Part shown: piece by piece, positions 27,641 through 36,166 of the stretch | Layout: each line of letters starts with the position of its first letter | Numbering within the stretch: the stretch's first letter is position 1 | Virus record (IMG/VR): IMGVR_UViG_3300013939_000001 | Location: 1-64,000 of that record | Length of the DNA: 64,000 nt | Reading direction: 5' to 3' (one strand) | From: a virus | Translations under genes and position numbers: made by a program | The notes under the pieces: generated by a model | Told to the model about the DNA's origin: nothing | Seen by the model: the letters and a program-made list of their open reading frames with translations, nothing else | Databases searched by the model: none

Positions 27641-27826
27641 TTACTTGGCGGAAGGTTTGTGTGGCGTTTGTCCTACACTGCACTGTGGTACCTGCTGCCC
27701 CGAACCGTAATACTTGAGGTAGAAGTAGGGGCCCACAGTCACTGCAGCCAGAATGCCGAGGCCGAGCGCGACGAGCAAGATGAACACCACTTCGATGGGG
27801 GTCAGGCCCTTGTTGCTACGAAGCAT
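27641..27826 (-). CDS. small membrane protein with prepilin-type N-terminus (61 aa)
   Basis: Start placed at ATG 27826 (GGGAG 5 nt upstream): MLRSNKG/LTPIEVVFILLVALGLGILAAV = short basic leader, Gly-1, Glu+5, hydrophobic helix. Confidence 0.45.
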   Translation of the reverse strand: MLRSNKGLTPIEVVFILLVALGLGILAAVTVGPYFYLKYYGSGQQVPQCSVGQTPHKPSAK

Positions 27827-27836
27827 GGGATCTCCC

Positions 27837-28130
27837 TTAACGCCAGGTGTGTACGCCGCCATCGCAGACGTATTCGTTTTGGATCTGCAGTTCCTGCGTG
27901 GGTGTGTGTACGGTCTTCCCGTCAGACGACCATCCCGTGCGTACGACGGTCTTGGTCGTCATCTGCTGCTTGCCGGTGGCCGTGCAGTGGTTCTGGGCGA
28001 ACCACACATCCAGTTCCTTGTTGCGCTTGTGATTCTGCCAGGCCGGAATGAGGATCATGGCCAGAATCGCGATGATGGCGATCGCGATGATCAGTTCGAC
28101 CAGGGTGAAGCCTTTGCTACGGTAACGCAT
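27837..28130 (-). CDS. type IV pilin / pseudopilin-like protein (97 aa)
   Basis: Start placed at ATG 28130 (GAGGGGG upstream): MRYRSKG/FTLVELIIAIAIIAILAMILIPAWQNH is a canonical class III signal (G-1, F+1, E+5) plus alpha1 helix; two Cys in the C-terminal part. Confidence 0.7.
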   Translation of the reverse strand: MRYRSKGFTLVELIIAIAIIAILAMILIPAWQNHKRNKELDVWFAQNHCTATGKQQMTTKTVVRTGWSSDGKTVHTPTQELQIQNEYVCDGGVHTWR

Positions 28131-28150
28131 GTGTCCCCCTCGGACAGAAA

Positions 28151-28174
28151 GCAGGGAGGCCGTAGCCTCCCTGC
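28151..28174 (-). terminator. hairpin between HTH gene and pilin-like gene
   Basis: Stem GCAGGGAGGC/GCCTCCCTGC, loop CGTA, minus-strand tail TTTCTGTCCG. Confidence 0.5.
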
Positions 28175-28182
28175 GCGATGGA

Positions 28183-28476
28183 TCAGAAGCTCGCGCTCGG
28201 ACCGTAGGAGCCACCCGGCTGCTTCTTCGGAGCCTCGACCTTCGGAGCGTCAACCGGCTTGGCCACGTCCGCCCACGCCGCGCGGCGAGCTTCGGCCTGG
28301 TCCAGACCCAGCACGGCGGCGAGCTTGTCCACTTCTTCCAGCGTCGCCTTTGCTTCGCCCTTGCTGATCTGCGTCAGGCGCTTGGCCGTGATGTTCAGGA
28401 AGCTTGCTGCTGCCTTCAGATCCTTTCCTTCGAGCGCTTCGGCCACCATTGCGGGGAACTGCAGTTGCTTCGACAT
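28183..28476 (-). CDS. XRE/Cro-like HTH protein (97 aa)
   Basis: LKAAASFLNITAKRLTQISKGEAKATLEEVDKLAAVLGL fits the HTH_3 pattern; lies entirely inside the 3' extension of the upstream ORF in another frame. Confidence 0.6.
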   Translation of the reverse strand: MSKQLQFPAMVAEALEGKDLKAAASFLNITAKRLTQISKGEAKATLEEVDKLAAVLGLDQAEARRAAWADVAKPVDAPKVEAPKKQPGGSYGPSASF

Positions 28477-29281
28477 TGCGCACCTTCTTTTTGGAGTTGA
28501 TTTTCTGGAACGGGGGTGGGTCGGGATAGATGATCGGATCGTACGGGAGATTGCCCCCGTCGTTCCAAGAATCCAACGGCACGAACTCCGTCAGATCTAT
28601 TGCCAGGAGCCGGTCTTCGTCCAGGGCGACACGATGCCCATAGAGAACCAGTTCGGCAGAGCCCTTCCCGTCGGGCACCACCCTCCACAGGCGCAGATAA
28701 CCGCCGCTGTCGGTATCGCGTGCTGCACACGCAGCAGCCACAGCCATCGGGTTGAATCGATAGCCCGACTTACGGAACTTGGCAACGTTGGTTTCCTGCT
28801 TGAAGGTCATCGCGATATCGATGACCGTCTCCAGCCATGCTGAGCCGGAACCGACTACCGTCAGCGAGGGAGCATTTTCCCCTTCAACGTAGTTGCCATG
28901 TTTGCCGTATTTCATCCGACATTCGAACATGTTGCATTCGACTTCGAAGAGACCGTGTACGCAGATCAGGATGACCGTGAAGCTGAAATCGATACGCAGC
29001 AGTCCCAAGCCGCGCAGCTCCTCGAAATAGTCCAGGGCGTTGTCCAGCTGGGAGCCCTTGTAGAGCATGTTCATGAACAGGTCGACTTCGTTGCGGTGAC
29101 CTGAGAAAGCGTATCCCAGACAGACGTCCTGATGCTCCCCACGTTCGGAAACTACCGGCAACTTCTCGGTCAGCATATGGACCTTGTTCATATCGGCCAT
29201 GTCGTTCACATCGAGGTTACCTCGCGAACGCACAGCCGAATCGGCGACGATGTAGCCGTTGTGGACGACGATGCACGTCAT
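28250..29281 (-). CDS. HslV/proteasome-beta-like Ntn hydrolase, paralogue 2 (343 aa including a ~75-aa out-of-frame-overlapping tail)
   Basis: Start placed at ATG 29281 (ATGA overlap with upstream stop), giving MTCIVVHNGYIVADSAV...MNKV...GYAFSGH...VVGSGSAWLETVIDIA, colinear with HslV TTIVSVRRNGHVVIAGDG...KKV...GFAGG...IGSGG. Confidence 0.55.
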   Translation of the reverse strand: MTCIVVHNGYIVADSAVRSRGNLDVNDMADMNKVHMLTEKLPVVSERGEHQDVCLGYAFSGHRNEVDLFMNMLYKGSQLDNALDYFEELRGLGLLRIDFSFTVILICVHGLFEVECNMFECRMKYGKHGNYVEGENAPSLTVVGSGSAWLETVIDIAMTFKQETNVAKFRKSGYRFNPMAVAAACAARDTDSGGYLRLWRVVPDGKGSAELVLYGHRVALDEDRLLAIDLTEFVPLDSWNDGGNLPYDPIIYPDPPPFQKINSKKKVRNVEATAVPRNGGRSARRKGSEGSSKLPEHHGQAPDADQQGRSKGDAGRSGQARRRAGSGPGRSSPRGVGGRGQAG

Positions 29282-30018
29282 GGGGTCTTGCTCCAGTCGG
29301 TGAACTTGGACAGGTTCAGCCACACGCGGTTGGTGTACTGCGCGTCGACCTTCGTGTCCTTGGTCATGAGCAGATCACCCAGACGCGACACGCCCACGAC
29401 CTGCCAACGCTGACCATCGTAGGTCACGAACAACTGCTCATTGCCGATGACCTTTCTGCGATACAGCTGGAACTCGTAATGGCCCAGCCGGCACAGATTC
29501 AGGTAGTAGTGCGGGTAGACCAGGTCGTCGTGGCCGATGAGGTGGTAGGTCGAGTTCAGGAACTCATTGACGTCCAACCCACCGACGTCACTGGCCATCG
29601 CCAGCGGCGAGACCATCACGTCGCAGTAGATGTGCTCCAGGTAGGCCGCTGCCAACGAACGGTCGGCGAAGGATTCCTCGATGTACAGCTTCTTGAGCTC
29701 GGCCAGGAAAGCGCGCAGTCGATCGCTGCCGCACAACTGCTGTTCTTCGGCCTGGATAAGTACATCACGCACGCTCGAATGGGCGATCGCCTTCAGAGCC
29801 AGTCGGATACCCGACAGCGTAGCCTCGAAGTTCTCCAACGCATCGCCCAGCTCCAGACCCGAACGAACGTGGCGCCAGAGTTCCTTACCGGAGAAGAAGT
29901 TGAAGTAATGGACGTTGCTCTTCTCATCGGAGAGCAACTCCCGCAGAGGCTCGATATGTGCATCGATCAGGTTCTGGGCGAACTCGTCGTATTTGGCTGC
30001 AACTGCTTTGGGGATCAT
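29278..30018 (-). CDS. hypothetical protein (246 aa)
   Basis: ORF track; first gene after AT-richer intergenic region 30019-30167. Confidence 0.75.
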   Translation of the reverse strand: MIPKAVAAKYDEFAQNLIDAHIEPLRELLSDEKSNVHYFNFFSGKELWRHVRSGLELGDALENFEATLSGIRLALKAIAHSSVRDVLIQAEEQQLCGSDRLRAFLAELKKLYIEESFADRSLAAAYLEHIYCDVMVSPLAMASDVGGLDVNEFLNSTYHLIGHDDLVYPHYYLNLCRLGHYEFQLYRRKVIGNEQLFVTYDGQRWQVVGVSRLGDLLMTKDTKVDAQYTNRVWLNLSKFTDWSKTP

Positions 30019-30134
30019 GATTCAGTCCTTGGGGTGGTGAGCTCTCTAATAAGCTCAGGGGTATACATTCGGATATTATGGGTTTGAGAATCCTTTCACT
30101 GCGATCTAGTGAAAAATGAAAAGGCGGTATATAG

Positions 30135-30158
30135 CCCTCCCCACCGAAGTGGGGAGGG
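30135..30158 (-). terminator. hairpin + CTATATACCGCC
   Basis: Stem CCCTCCCCA/TGGGGAGGG, loop 6 nt, 9 nt after stop of 30168..30593. Confidence 0.5.
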
Positions 30159-30167
30159 TACTATGTC

Positions 30168-30593
30168 TTACAGGGCGCCGGGAACCGGCTCTGCGAACGG
30201 GTTGAACCTGCACATCGAGTTGACCACGTAGTCGTAGATTGTCTGGCAGGACTTCGGCAGCTGGTCTTCGGACTTGATACCCGGCAGGGCTTCCTGGATG
30301 CGTGCCCAGTTCATCACCGGGAATACAGCCACCAGCGGACTGTTGGCCAGGTCCGGGAACTCCTCGCCGATCAACTTGACCGCCTCACCGATCGAACCGG
30401 CACGGCAAGCACGCCAGGCCGAGATCTTGTCCTCGTCCAGGTACTTGCGCATGTCCACGACCATGTAGTCCTGGACGCGACCGGGCGTGGTCATCAGGCG
30501 CCATTCCTGCATCAGACGAAGAGAAGACTCGTCGATGATGAGCTGGCTGTCCAGGTCGGGTTTGAACACCGGGGGTGTGAAGACCTCGTCCAT
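30168..30593 (-). CDS. hypothetical protein (141 aa)
   Basis: ORF track. Confidence 0.7.
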   Translation of the reverse strand: MDEVFTPPVFKPDLDSQLIIDESSLRLMQEWRLMTTPGRVQDYMVVDMRKYLDEDKISAWRACRAGSIGEAVKLIGEEFPDLANSPLVAVFPVMNWARIQEALPGIKSEDQLPKSCQTIYDYVVNSMCRFNPFAEPVPGAL

Positions 30594-30946
30594 CAGTAGA
30601 CGGTCTCCACCGGCAGCATCACGGTCAGTTCACGGAACACTGACCTGCGGTCGTAACCCACCGTGACCGCCCAGTAGTGCTTGGGCTTGCTGGCCTTGAC
30701 CGACGCCACGGTGTAGTGGACGTCCACCGTCAGCGAGCGGCGGTCGTTGAGTTCGACGTCGGCCTTGATGGCGACCTTCAGGGCGGCCTTGAACTTCATC
30801 ACCGCCAGGCGCTGCTTGCCTTTGCGGTCGTTGAGCGACAGGGTCGGCAGGTATTCGCCGATCAGGCGCTTGATGCTCTTGTTGATGCGGCGGAAATCGG
30901 CGGGTTCGGGAGCGCTCGGGAAAGGCTTGTACAGGGACATGGTCAT
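30593..30946 (-). CDS. hypothetical basic protein (117 aa)
   Basis: ORF track; 1-nt overlap with downstream gene. Confidence 0.7.
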   Translation of the reverse strand: MTMSLYKPFPSAPEPADFRRINKSIKRLIGEYLPTLSLNDRKGKQRLAVMKFKAALKVAIKADVELNDRRSLTVDVHYTVASVKASKPKHYWAVTVGYDRRSVFRELTVMLPVETVY

Positions 30947-31203
30947 TCCTTGGGTAGGGCAGTTTTGAGGACCTCAGAAATCAACTGCTCGTAGGTTTCC
31001 ACGGCGGCGTCTTCGCCGACGAGATAGACCTCGCAGTTGTAATCCTGAGAATGTACGACGAACTCCAGCTTGTAACCCTGGTCCTGCATTCGTTTGGCCA
31101 GAGCTACAACCATTGGACAGTCCCATCCCGGAGGGGATAGGTGGAGTGTCGTCGTGGGAACCTCCGGCGGGGGAGCCGGAGGCGTGTAGGTGGGGATGAA
31201 CAT
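30943..31203 (-). CDS. hypothetical protein (86 aa)
   Basis: Frame of ORF 30943..31254; start placed at ATG 31203 (TGATG overlap with upstream stop): MFIPTYTPPAPPPEV... Confidence 0.6.
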   Translation of the reverse strand: MFIPTYTPPAPPPEVPTTTLHLSPPGWDCPMVVALAKRMQDQGYKLEFVVHSQDYNCEVYLVGEDAAVETYEQLISEVLKTALPKE

Positions 31204-32051
31204 CAATAGACAGGATCGATGTGCAACACTTCCACCAGGTACTCGAACACGCAAACGCCCTGGACTGGCGTACGCGGGGTCAGACGCAGCGTGGCGCGAC
31301 GGTTGTCACGTTCATCGGTATCACCCAGATACAGCTCGACGATGAAATGGCCGGCTTCTTCGCGGCATTCGGCCAGGTCGTTGAACAGCTCCTGGTACGA
31401 ACGGGCCTGATCCTGCGGGACATACTGACGGGTCCAGGCCAGCGGAACGTTGTGTTGGGCGTTGGTTTCGCCCAAGATCAGATCCCGCACCTGCGCCGGC
31501 AGATCGCTCACGTCGAACTGGAAACCGCCGATCATTCGACGGAAGTGATGCCGCAGCTCGGTGCCGATATCGCGATCTTCGTTGGACATTCCCTTGATGC
31601 TGACCACCCGCATGTTGAGCTTGGGGTAGTCCGCCTCGACGCTGTCGTCAGTCGGCTGGTCGTCGTAGCGCTTCCAGGTGATGACGTTCCAGCTGACCGG
31701 GCCGATATGGATCCGGTTGCTCTCGAAGCGGACCGAGCCGTCGCTCTTGAGTCGGATGGACAGTGAGCGATTGGAGGGGTCGGTCAGTTGGGTGTCCAGC
31801 TCGACCGTATCGACACCCGAATTGGCGATGAGCTTTTCCATCACGTCCTTATCGAGCTTACCGGAAGCCTCCGGACCACGGAATTTTTGGATCTTCAGTG
31901 GGGTGGAGGTCATCGGCACGCCGTCCTGGTAACGGTCCCAGGCCCTGCGAGCCAGTTCCTCCAGGATCTTGCTGGCGTAGAGTTCACACAAGCTGGTGAC
32001 GGCCTCCTGCTGTTCAGCGGGAAGGTTGGTGAGATCGAGCGGGGTGTCCAT
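31203..32051 (-). CDS. hypothetical protein (282 aa)
   Basis: ORF track. Confidence 0.75.
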   Translation of the reverse strand: MDTPLDLTNLPAEQQEAVTSLCELYASKILEELARRAWDRYQDGVPMTSTPLKIQKFRGPEASGKLDKDVMEKLIANSGVDTVELDTQLTDPSNRSLSIRLKSDGSVRFESNRIHIGPVSWNVITWKRYDDQPTDDSVEADYPKLNMRVVSIKGMSNEDRDIGTELRHHFRRMIGGFQFDVSDLPAQVRDLILGETNAQHNVPLAWTRQYVPQDQARSYQELFNDLAECREEAGHFIVELYLGDTDERDNRRATLRLTPRTPVQGVCVFEYLVEVLHIDPVY

Positions 32052-32054
32052 GAC

Positions 32055-32414
32055 TCAGTCCTTGATGTAGAAGTTGGTGGCGTGACGCAGACGGATTTTC
32101 CGCAAGCGGGACAGTTCGGGATTGTTTTCGACGATGGTCCTCACGTGCTCGGCGGCACGCTCCACACGCTCATGCGAGCCAGGTCCGATCTGCAACCGGG
32201 CGAGATCTTCCATCCGCTGGGCGCGGCGCAGTCCACGGACGGCGAAGCGCTTCTTGCGACCGGTCCAGAGGACCGTTGGCAGCGGCGGATAGTTCTTGCG
32301 TCCCTTGACCTTCTTACCCTTGTGACGGAAGATGAACTGACCAATGATCAGCATCGACTCTTCCTTTTGGGAGAAGGTCTTGAACGTGGGGCGGTAGTGG
32401 TAGTCATACTCCAT
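32055..32414 (-). CDS. hypothetical basic protein (119 aa)
   Basis: ORF track; FIFRHKGKKVKGRKNYPPLP is loosely reminiscent of the 13501/13968 paralogues. Confidence 0.65.
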   Translation of the reverse strand: MEYDYHYRPTFKTFSQKEESMLIIGQFIFRHKGKKVKGRKNYPPLPTVLWTGRKKRFAVRGLRRAQRMEDLARLQIGPGSHERVERAAEHVRTIVENNPELSRLRKIRLRHATNFYIKD

Positions 32415-32425
32415 CTGGATTACCT

Positions 32426-33016
32426 TCAGCTGTAAGTGAGGACGAGGTAGCGGCAGTAATCCTTCTTACCATCCTCCTCGCGGTACTGGATGGCGTAGAC
32501 GGAATCGTCAACGGAGATATCACGGTAAACGTTGATCGCCGATTCCGATGCTGCGAACAGATGGTCGGCATGGAAGATCGCTGCCAGGAAATCGCCACGT
32601 TTGCGCGTGAGGACGTGGCTGAGCTGATCCACCTCCGCACGCAACATTGCGATGGCGCTTCCGTCAGACCACGAACGTGTCCATGCGCCGGCATAGAGCG
32701 CAGGCATGTGCTGGGCCGTCAAGAACACCTTGCCCTCGTGGGTGAAATTCCACAGCTTTAGATCGTCATCGTACTTGGCAGTGACCGCACTCGGCAGTTC
32801 TTCGCTGTCTTCCGGATGGCTCAGCGCTGCCGAGCTGATGACCACGCTCATCCACGCAAAGCGATTGGCCAGGATGTCGGACATCCCTAACGCCATGAAC
32901 TTGGCACGCTGCCAGTCGACAGCGAGTGGGTAGCGGTCGATCACCGCAGTGCGCATGTCTTCGGGACTGAGCACATCGCCCTTCAAGGACGCAAGCAACA
33001 ACGTAGTTATGTCCAT
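32426..33016 (-). CDS. hypothetical protein (196 aa)
   Basis: ORF track. Confidence 0.7.
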   Translation of the reverse strand: MDITTLLLASLKGDVLSPEDMRTAVIDRYPLAVDWQRAKFMALGMSDILANRFAWMSVVISSAALSHPEDSEELPSAVTAKYDDDLKLWNFTHEGKVFLTAQHMPALYAGAWTRSWSDGSAIAMLRAEVDQLSHVLTRKRGDFLAAIFHADHLFAASESAINVYRDISVDDSVYAIQYREEDGKKDYCRYLVLTYS

Positions 33017-33456
33017 TCCGGATTCCAGATCGGATGTTTACGGCGATGACTGCGCTTGTGCATGTGCACAAAACGCCCCCGCAACGGTTGGTGGGAAGGC
33101 ACGTACCCCAGCTGGTTTGTCACCAGCGTCTGATACTCGGTCAGATGAGCCTGCTGTTCGGTCAAGTGCTTGACCGCAGCCAGCATCGCATCGTGCATTG
33201 CCCGCTGCCCCGTCTCACGACGAGGAAGCAAGGCCAGACCCACATCCGGACCCGCCGACAGCAGGTTCGCATGCAGCTCAGCGATGTTGAGCTGGACAGC
33301 TACGCCGGTGTGGGGCTCAACATAAACGAGCGGGTGATCGAAACCGATGTTCTCCAGGACTTTTCGGTAGAATTCGACCGGATCGTTTTGCATCATCTCC
33401 AGAGACTTCAACGCCTCTTCAGGATCGCGCGGCTTTTCAAAGCTTGGGATCGTCAC
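33007..33456 (-). CDS. hypothetical protein (149 aa)
   Basis: ORF track. Confidence 0.7.
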   Translation of the reverse strand: MTIPSFEKPRDPEEALKSLEMMQNDPVEFYRKVLENIGFDHPLVYVEPHTGVAVQLNIAELHANLLSAGPDVGLALLPRRETGQRAMHDAMLAAVKHLTEQQAHLTEYQTLVTNQLGYVPSHQPLRGRFVHMHKRSHRRKHPIWNPEWT

Positions 33457-33757
33457 GACACCAGACCTCCAGATGGGCTTCCAGGATTCTCCCCGCCTGC
33501 CTGGATATGAGGACGTTGAGAACTGGCGGTATCCACAACACCACCAGCAGGAACGCGTACAGGATCATCAGCGGCAAGCATGGCGGCCAGGACGCCACAA
33601 GCCATGCAGTGGCCGCCACGACCATCGCCAGGATTACCCCGAGGATGCCGAGGGATGACGTGAAGAACAGGCGATTGAAGAAGATGCTGTAATCCTTCCA
33701 AATCGCTTGCGGTACGGTGTACCGCTTACCTCGGAACATGATGTTGACATCAACCAT
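33437..33757 (-). CDS. membrane protein (106 aa, 2 TM)
   Basis: Hydrophobic segments LGILGVILAMVVAATAWLVA and LMILYAFLLVVLWIPPVL. Confidence 0.65.
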   Translation of the reverse strand: MVDVNIMFRGKRYTVPQAIWKDYSIFFNRLFFTSSLGILGVILAMVVAATAWLVASWPPCLPLMILYAFLLVVLWIPPVLNVLISRQAGRILEAHLEVWCRDDPKL

Positions 33758-33848
33758 GAGGTTTCCTTCCCTTGTAGATGCGAATTGCCATATAGCCGTC
33801 GACCACCAGGATCAACAGCCCGCCTAAAGTAACAAACACGTAAGGCAT
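33750..33848 (-). CDS. very small membrane protein (32 aa), not in ORF track
   Basis: GGGGGAG SD 8 nt before ATG 33848; MPYVFVTLGGLLILVVDGYMAIRIYKGRKPHG; stop overlaps start of 33437..33757. Confidence 0.4.
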   Translation of the reverse strand: MPYVFVTLGGLLILVVDGYMAIRIYKGRKPHG

Positions 33849-33884
33849 TTGAAACTCTCCCCCAATCAGGCAATATGGTGCGGT

Positions 33885-34490
33885 TTAGTGCAACGCAGAC
33901 TCCACGTGTCGGCGATCGGTTTTGTCGGCGATCACGTCGCGATGTAGGATAAGGACGATGTCCTGCTCATCGCAAAGCGGCAGGCCGCGGGCGAACACAG
34001 TCAGATCGCCATCGGGTTTCCAGAACAACGCATACTCGACCGCGTTTTCGATAGTCGCAGACAGGAAATCGCGCTGGACCCATTCCAACAGCGGAATGTT
34101 GGCCGGTTGTTCATCCCCGAAGATCGATTTACGCCACTCAGCGTAGGCTGTGCGCATCGGGCCTGTCGGCGAGAGGTCTCCCGGACTCTGGTGCCACGTC
34201 GCCCCCTCAATACCTTCCCACGAAGAATTCGGCGAGTCCGGAGCGACGCTCACCAGGTGCTTGCCGCTTGCCGCAAATATCCAACGTTCGACTTCGAGGT
34301 TACGGCCGGGTTCAGAGACGCTGGCGCTGATCAACTGCATCGACAGGTCATTGTCCACTCGGGCATCTATGGGAAGCTCTTGGTTGACGCGGTTGGTGGT
34401 TACCTTCAGGACATGGACGTAGAACTCAGGCATCCCCGTTCCAAGCAGAGCCGCGCAGATCACCTCGTTGGTGATTTCACTTTCGTTCAT
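33885..34490 (-). CDS. hypothetical protein (201 aa)
   Basis: ORF track. Confidence 0.7.
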   Translation of the reverse strand: MNESEITNEVICAALLGTGMPEFYVHVLKVTTNRVNQELPIDARVDNDLSMQLISASVSEPGRNLEVERWIFAASGKHLVSVAPDSPNSSWEGIEGATWHQSPGDLSPTGPMRTAYAEWRKSIFGDEQPANIPLLEWVQRDFLSATIENAVEYALFWKPDGDLTVFARGLPLCDEQDIVLILHRDVIADKTDRRHVESALH

Positions 34491-34497
34491 GATGACC

Positions 34498-35085
34498 TCA
34501 GTTCAACTGTGGCTTGATGAGTTTGGCCGTACGATCGATGTACGGGTTGGGCTCGATGATGAGCAGCGAGTAGTCACCGTCGATCTCGCACACGAGATGG
34601 AGCTGGATGTCCTGCTCGGTCTCGGTGGAGCAGTCGACGACTTCGGCATACATCGCATCGCTGAGTTCGAGCATGTAGCCCAGCAGCGCCATCGTTCCGA
34701 CGTGCTGGAGGGGTACGATCTTCTGGTCGAGGGCGTCCAGGCTCAGGCGCCACTGGTCGAACTGATCGGACAGCTCATCGGCTGACGGCTTTTCCTTGGG
34801 GATCTTGGCGACCTTGGGATCGCGACGATCCAGCTCGAGCAGCTGCCAGCACGGAATGGTGTCGTTGAGGTTCTGGCTCTTGATCCACGCGTTCGTGGCG
34901 ACAGCTGCCATCACCCTGCGGTGACCGGATTCGTCGTTTCCGGAATACCAGTTGAAGACCGCGTAGGGATGGGGCAGGTCGGGGTTGCGCGGGCCGTCAT
35001 CGACGATACACTGGCAGCTGTGGCGAAACGCTGCTGCGATCTTGGGGGCGATACCCATACCTTCAGCAAACTTGGTGTAATGCAC
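34498..35085 (-). CDS. hypothetical protein (195 aa)
   Basis: ORF track. Confidence 0.7.
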   Translation of the reverse strand: MHYTKFAEGMGIAPKIAAAFRHSCQCIVDDGPRNPDLPHPYAVFNWYSGNDESGHRRVMAAVATNAWIKSQNLNDTIPCWQLLELDRRDPKVAKIPKEKPSADELSDQFDQWRLSLDALDQKIVPLQHVGTMALLGYMLELSDAMYAEVVDCSTETEQDIQLHLVCEIDGDYSLLIIEPNPYIDRTAKLIKPQLN

Positions 35086-35136
35086 AAGAGGTCTCCTGCT
35101 AGGGCCGGTCCCTTACGGAACCGGCCGGGTGGGGGA

Positions 35137-35415
35137 TTACAGCTTTTCGAAGAACTCGTCGACTTCGGCCTTCGTGTCGACGTCGGCAACCCACTGCCAC
35201 TGGCCGGCTTCCGGCACGTGCTTGTAGATGCCGTAGAACTGCGGCTCCTGACCTTCGGCCGGGGCGACGACGCTCTTGTGCTCGATACCGGTTTCTTCGC
35301 CAGCTTCGAAGATCTCCACACGGGGACCGTAGGTGTAGTAGACACCATCGGCCTTGGAGTACAGGGTGTCGCTCGGGGGAATCGGCGGCAGCGAATCGGT
35401 GTTGATCAGGGACAT
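35137..35415 (-). CDS. hypothetical acidic protein (92 aa)
   Basis: Frame of ORF 35137..35457; start placed at ATG 35415 (MSLINTDSLPP...). Confidence 0.55.
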   Translation of the reverse strand: MSLINTDSLPPIPPSDTLYSKADGVYYTYGPRVEIFEAGEETGIEHKSVVAPAEGQEPQFYGIYKHVPEAGQWQWVADVDTKAEVDEFFEKL

Positions 35416-35462
35416 GGGCGTCTCTCGGTTGTGCCTTTCGGCGGAAGATGACTGCATAATAA

Positions 35463-35485
35463 CGGTGGGGCATAAAGCCCCACCG
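35463..35485 (-). terminator. hairpin + TTATTATGCAG
   Basis: Stem CGGTGGGGC/GCCCCACCG, loop TTTAT (minus strand); between 35525..36166 and 35137..35415. Confidence 0.5.
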
Positions 35486-35524
35486 ATTTATGGCGTGATT
35501 TGACTACCTGGCGTCGGAGGACAC

Positions 35525-36166
35525 TCAGTTTTCCTCCGACGGTTTTTCGAAGATCATGCGCATGGCTTCGGAGTCCAGCAGCGTGGGAAGGTTGTCGGCG
35601 GTATACGTGACGATGTAGGACGACTTTTCAGTGTCTTCATCGAAGAACAACGCAACGAACTTTCCGTTCTCGATCCCGTGACTGATATAGCGCACCTTCG
35701 GGCTTTCCACGATCTTGGACAGAACGTGAATCATGAACGAGAACAGCCCGGCGTCCCTCAACTCAGGGAACTGCCCAGTCACGTAAGTAGCCAGCTCCTG
35801 GAGCAGGTTGTTGGGAACTGCCGCAGCGTCGATCGGTACGGCAGCGACCGGCTCCATCACGACCGACCCGAACTCCGTGTGTGCCTGGACGGCAAACTCG
35901 GGGATCAGGTTCGGCCGCAGGTCCGTACGGATCCGGAACTCAGACTTCCCATCCGGGGACCACTGCAGATCGAAACCCAGGTCTTTCCAGGTCGCCTGAG
36001 TTACCGGCGCACCGACCTTGTACAGGTTGTACAGGACGTTCATGAAAGCGCAGGTCGGCTCGTTACCGTCGCCGATGTTGGTGAAGAGTTCGATCCAGGT
36101 CGCCGCGATGTTCTCGCGGCTCGTGATCACCGGATTGATCTTGGGGAATTGGATGACGTTGCTCAT
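35525..36166 (-). CDS. hypothetical protein (213 aa)
   Basis: ORF track. Confidence 0.7.
   Translation of the reverse strand: MSNVIQFPKINPVITSRENIAATWIELFTNIGDGNEPTCAFMNVLYNLYKVGAPVTQATWKDLGFDLQWSPDGKSEFRIRTDLRPNLIPEFAVQAHTEFGSVVMEPVAAVPIDAAAVPNNLLQELATYVTGQFPELRDAGLFSFMIHVLSKIVESPKVRYISHGIENGKFVALFFDEDTEKSSYIVTYTADNLPTLLDSEAMRMIFEKPSEEN

Noticed and set aside
28484-28495. Programmed -1 frameshift at CCAAAAAGAAGG to explain the Ntn-hydrolase/HTH overlap.
   Set aside because: The heptamer is not a canonical X_XXY_YYZ site in the zero frame, and no downstream stimulatory structure was evident. I mention it only as one of three explanations.
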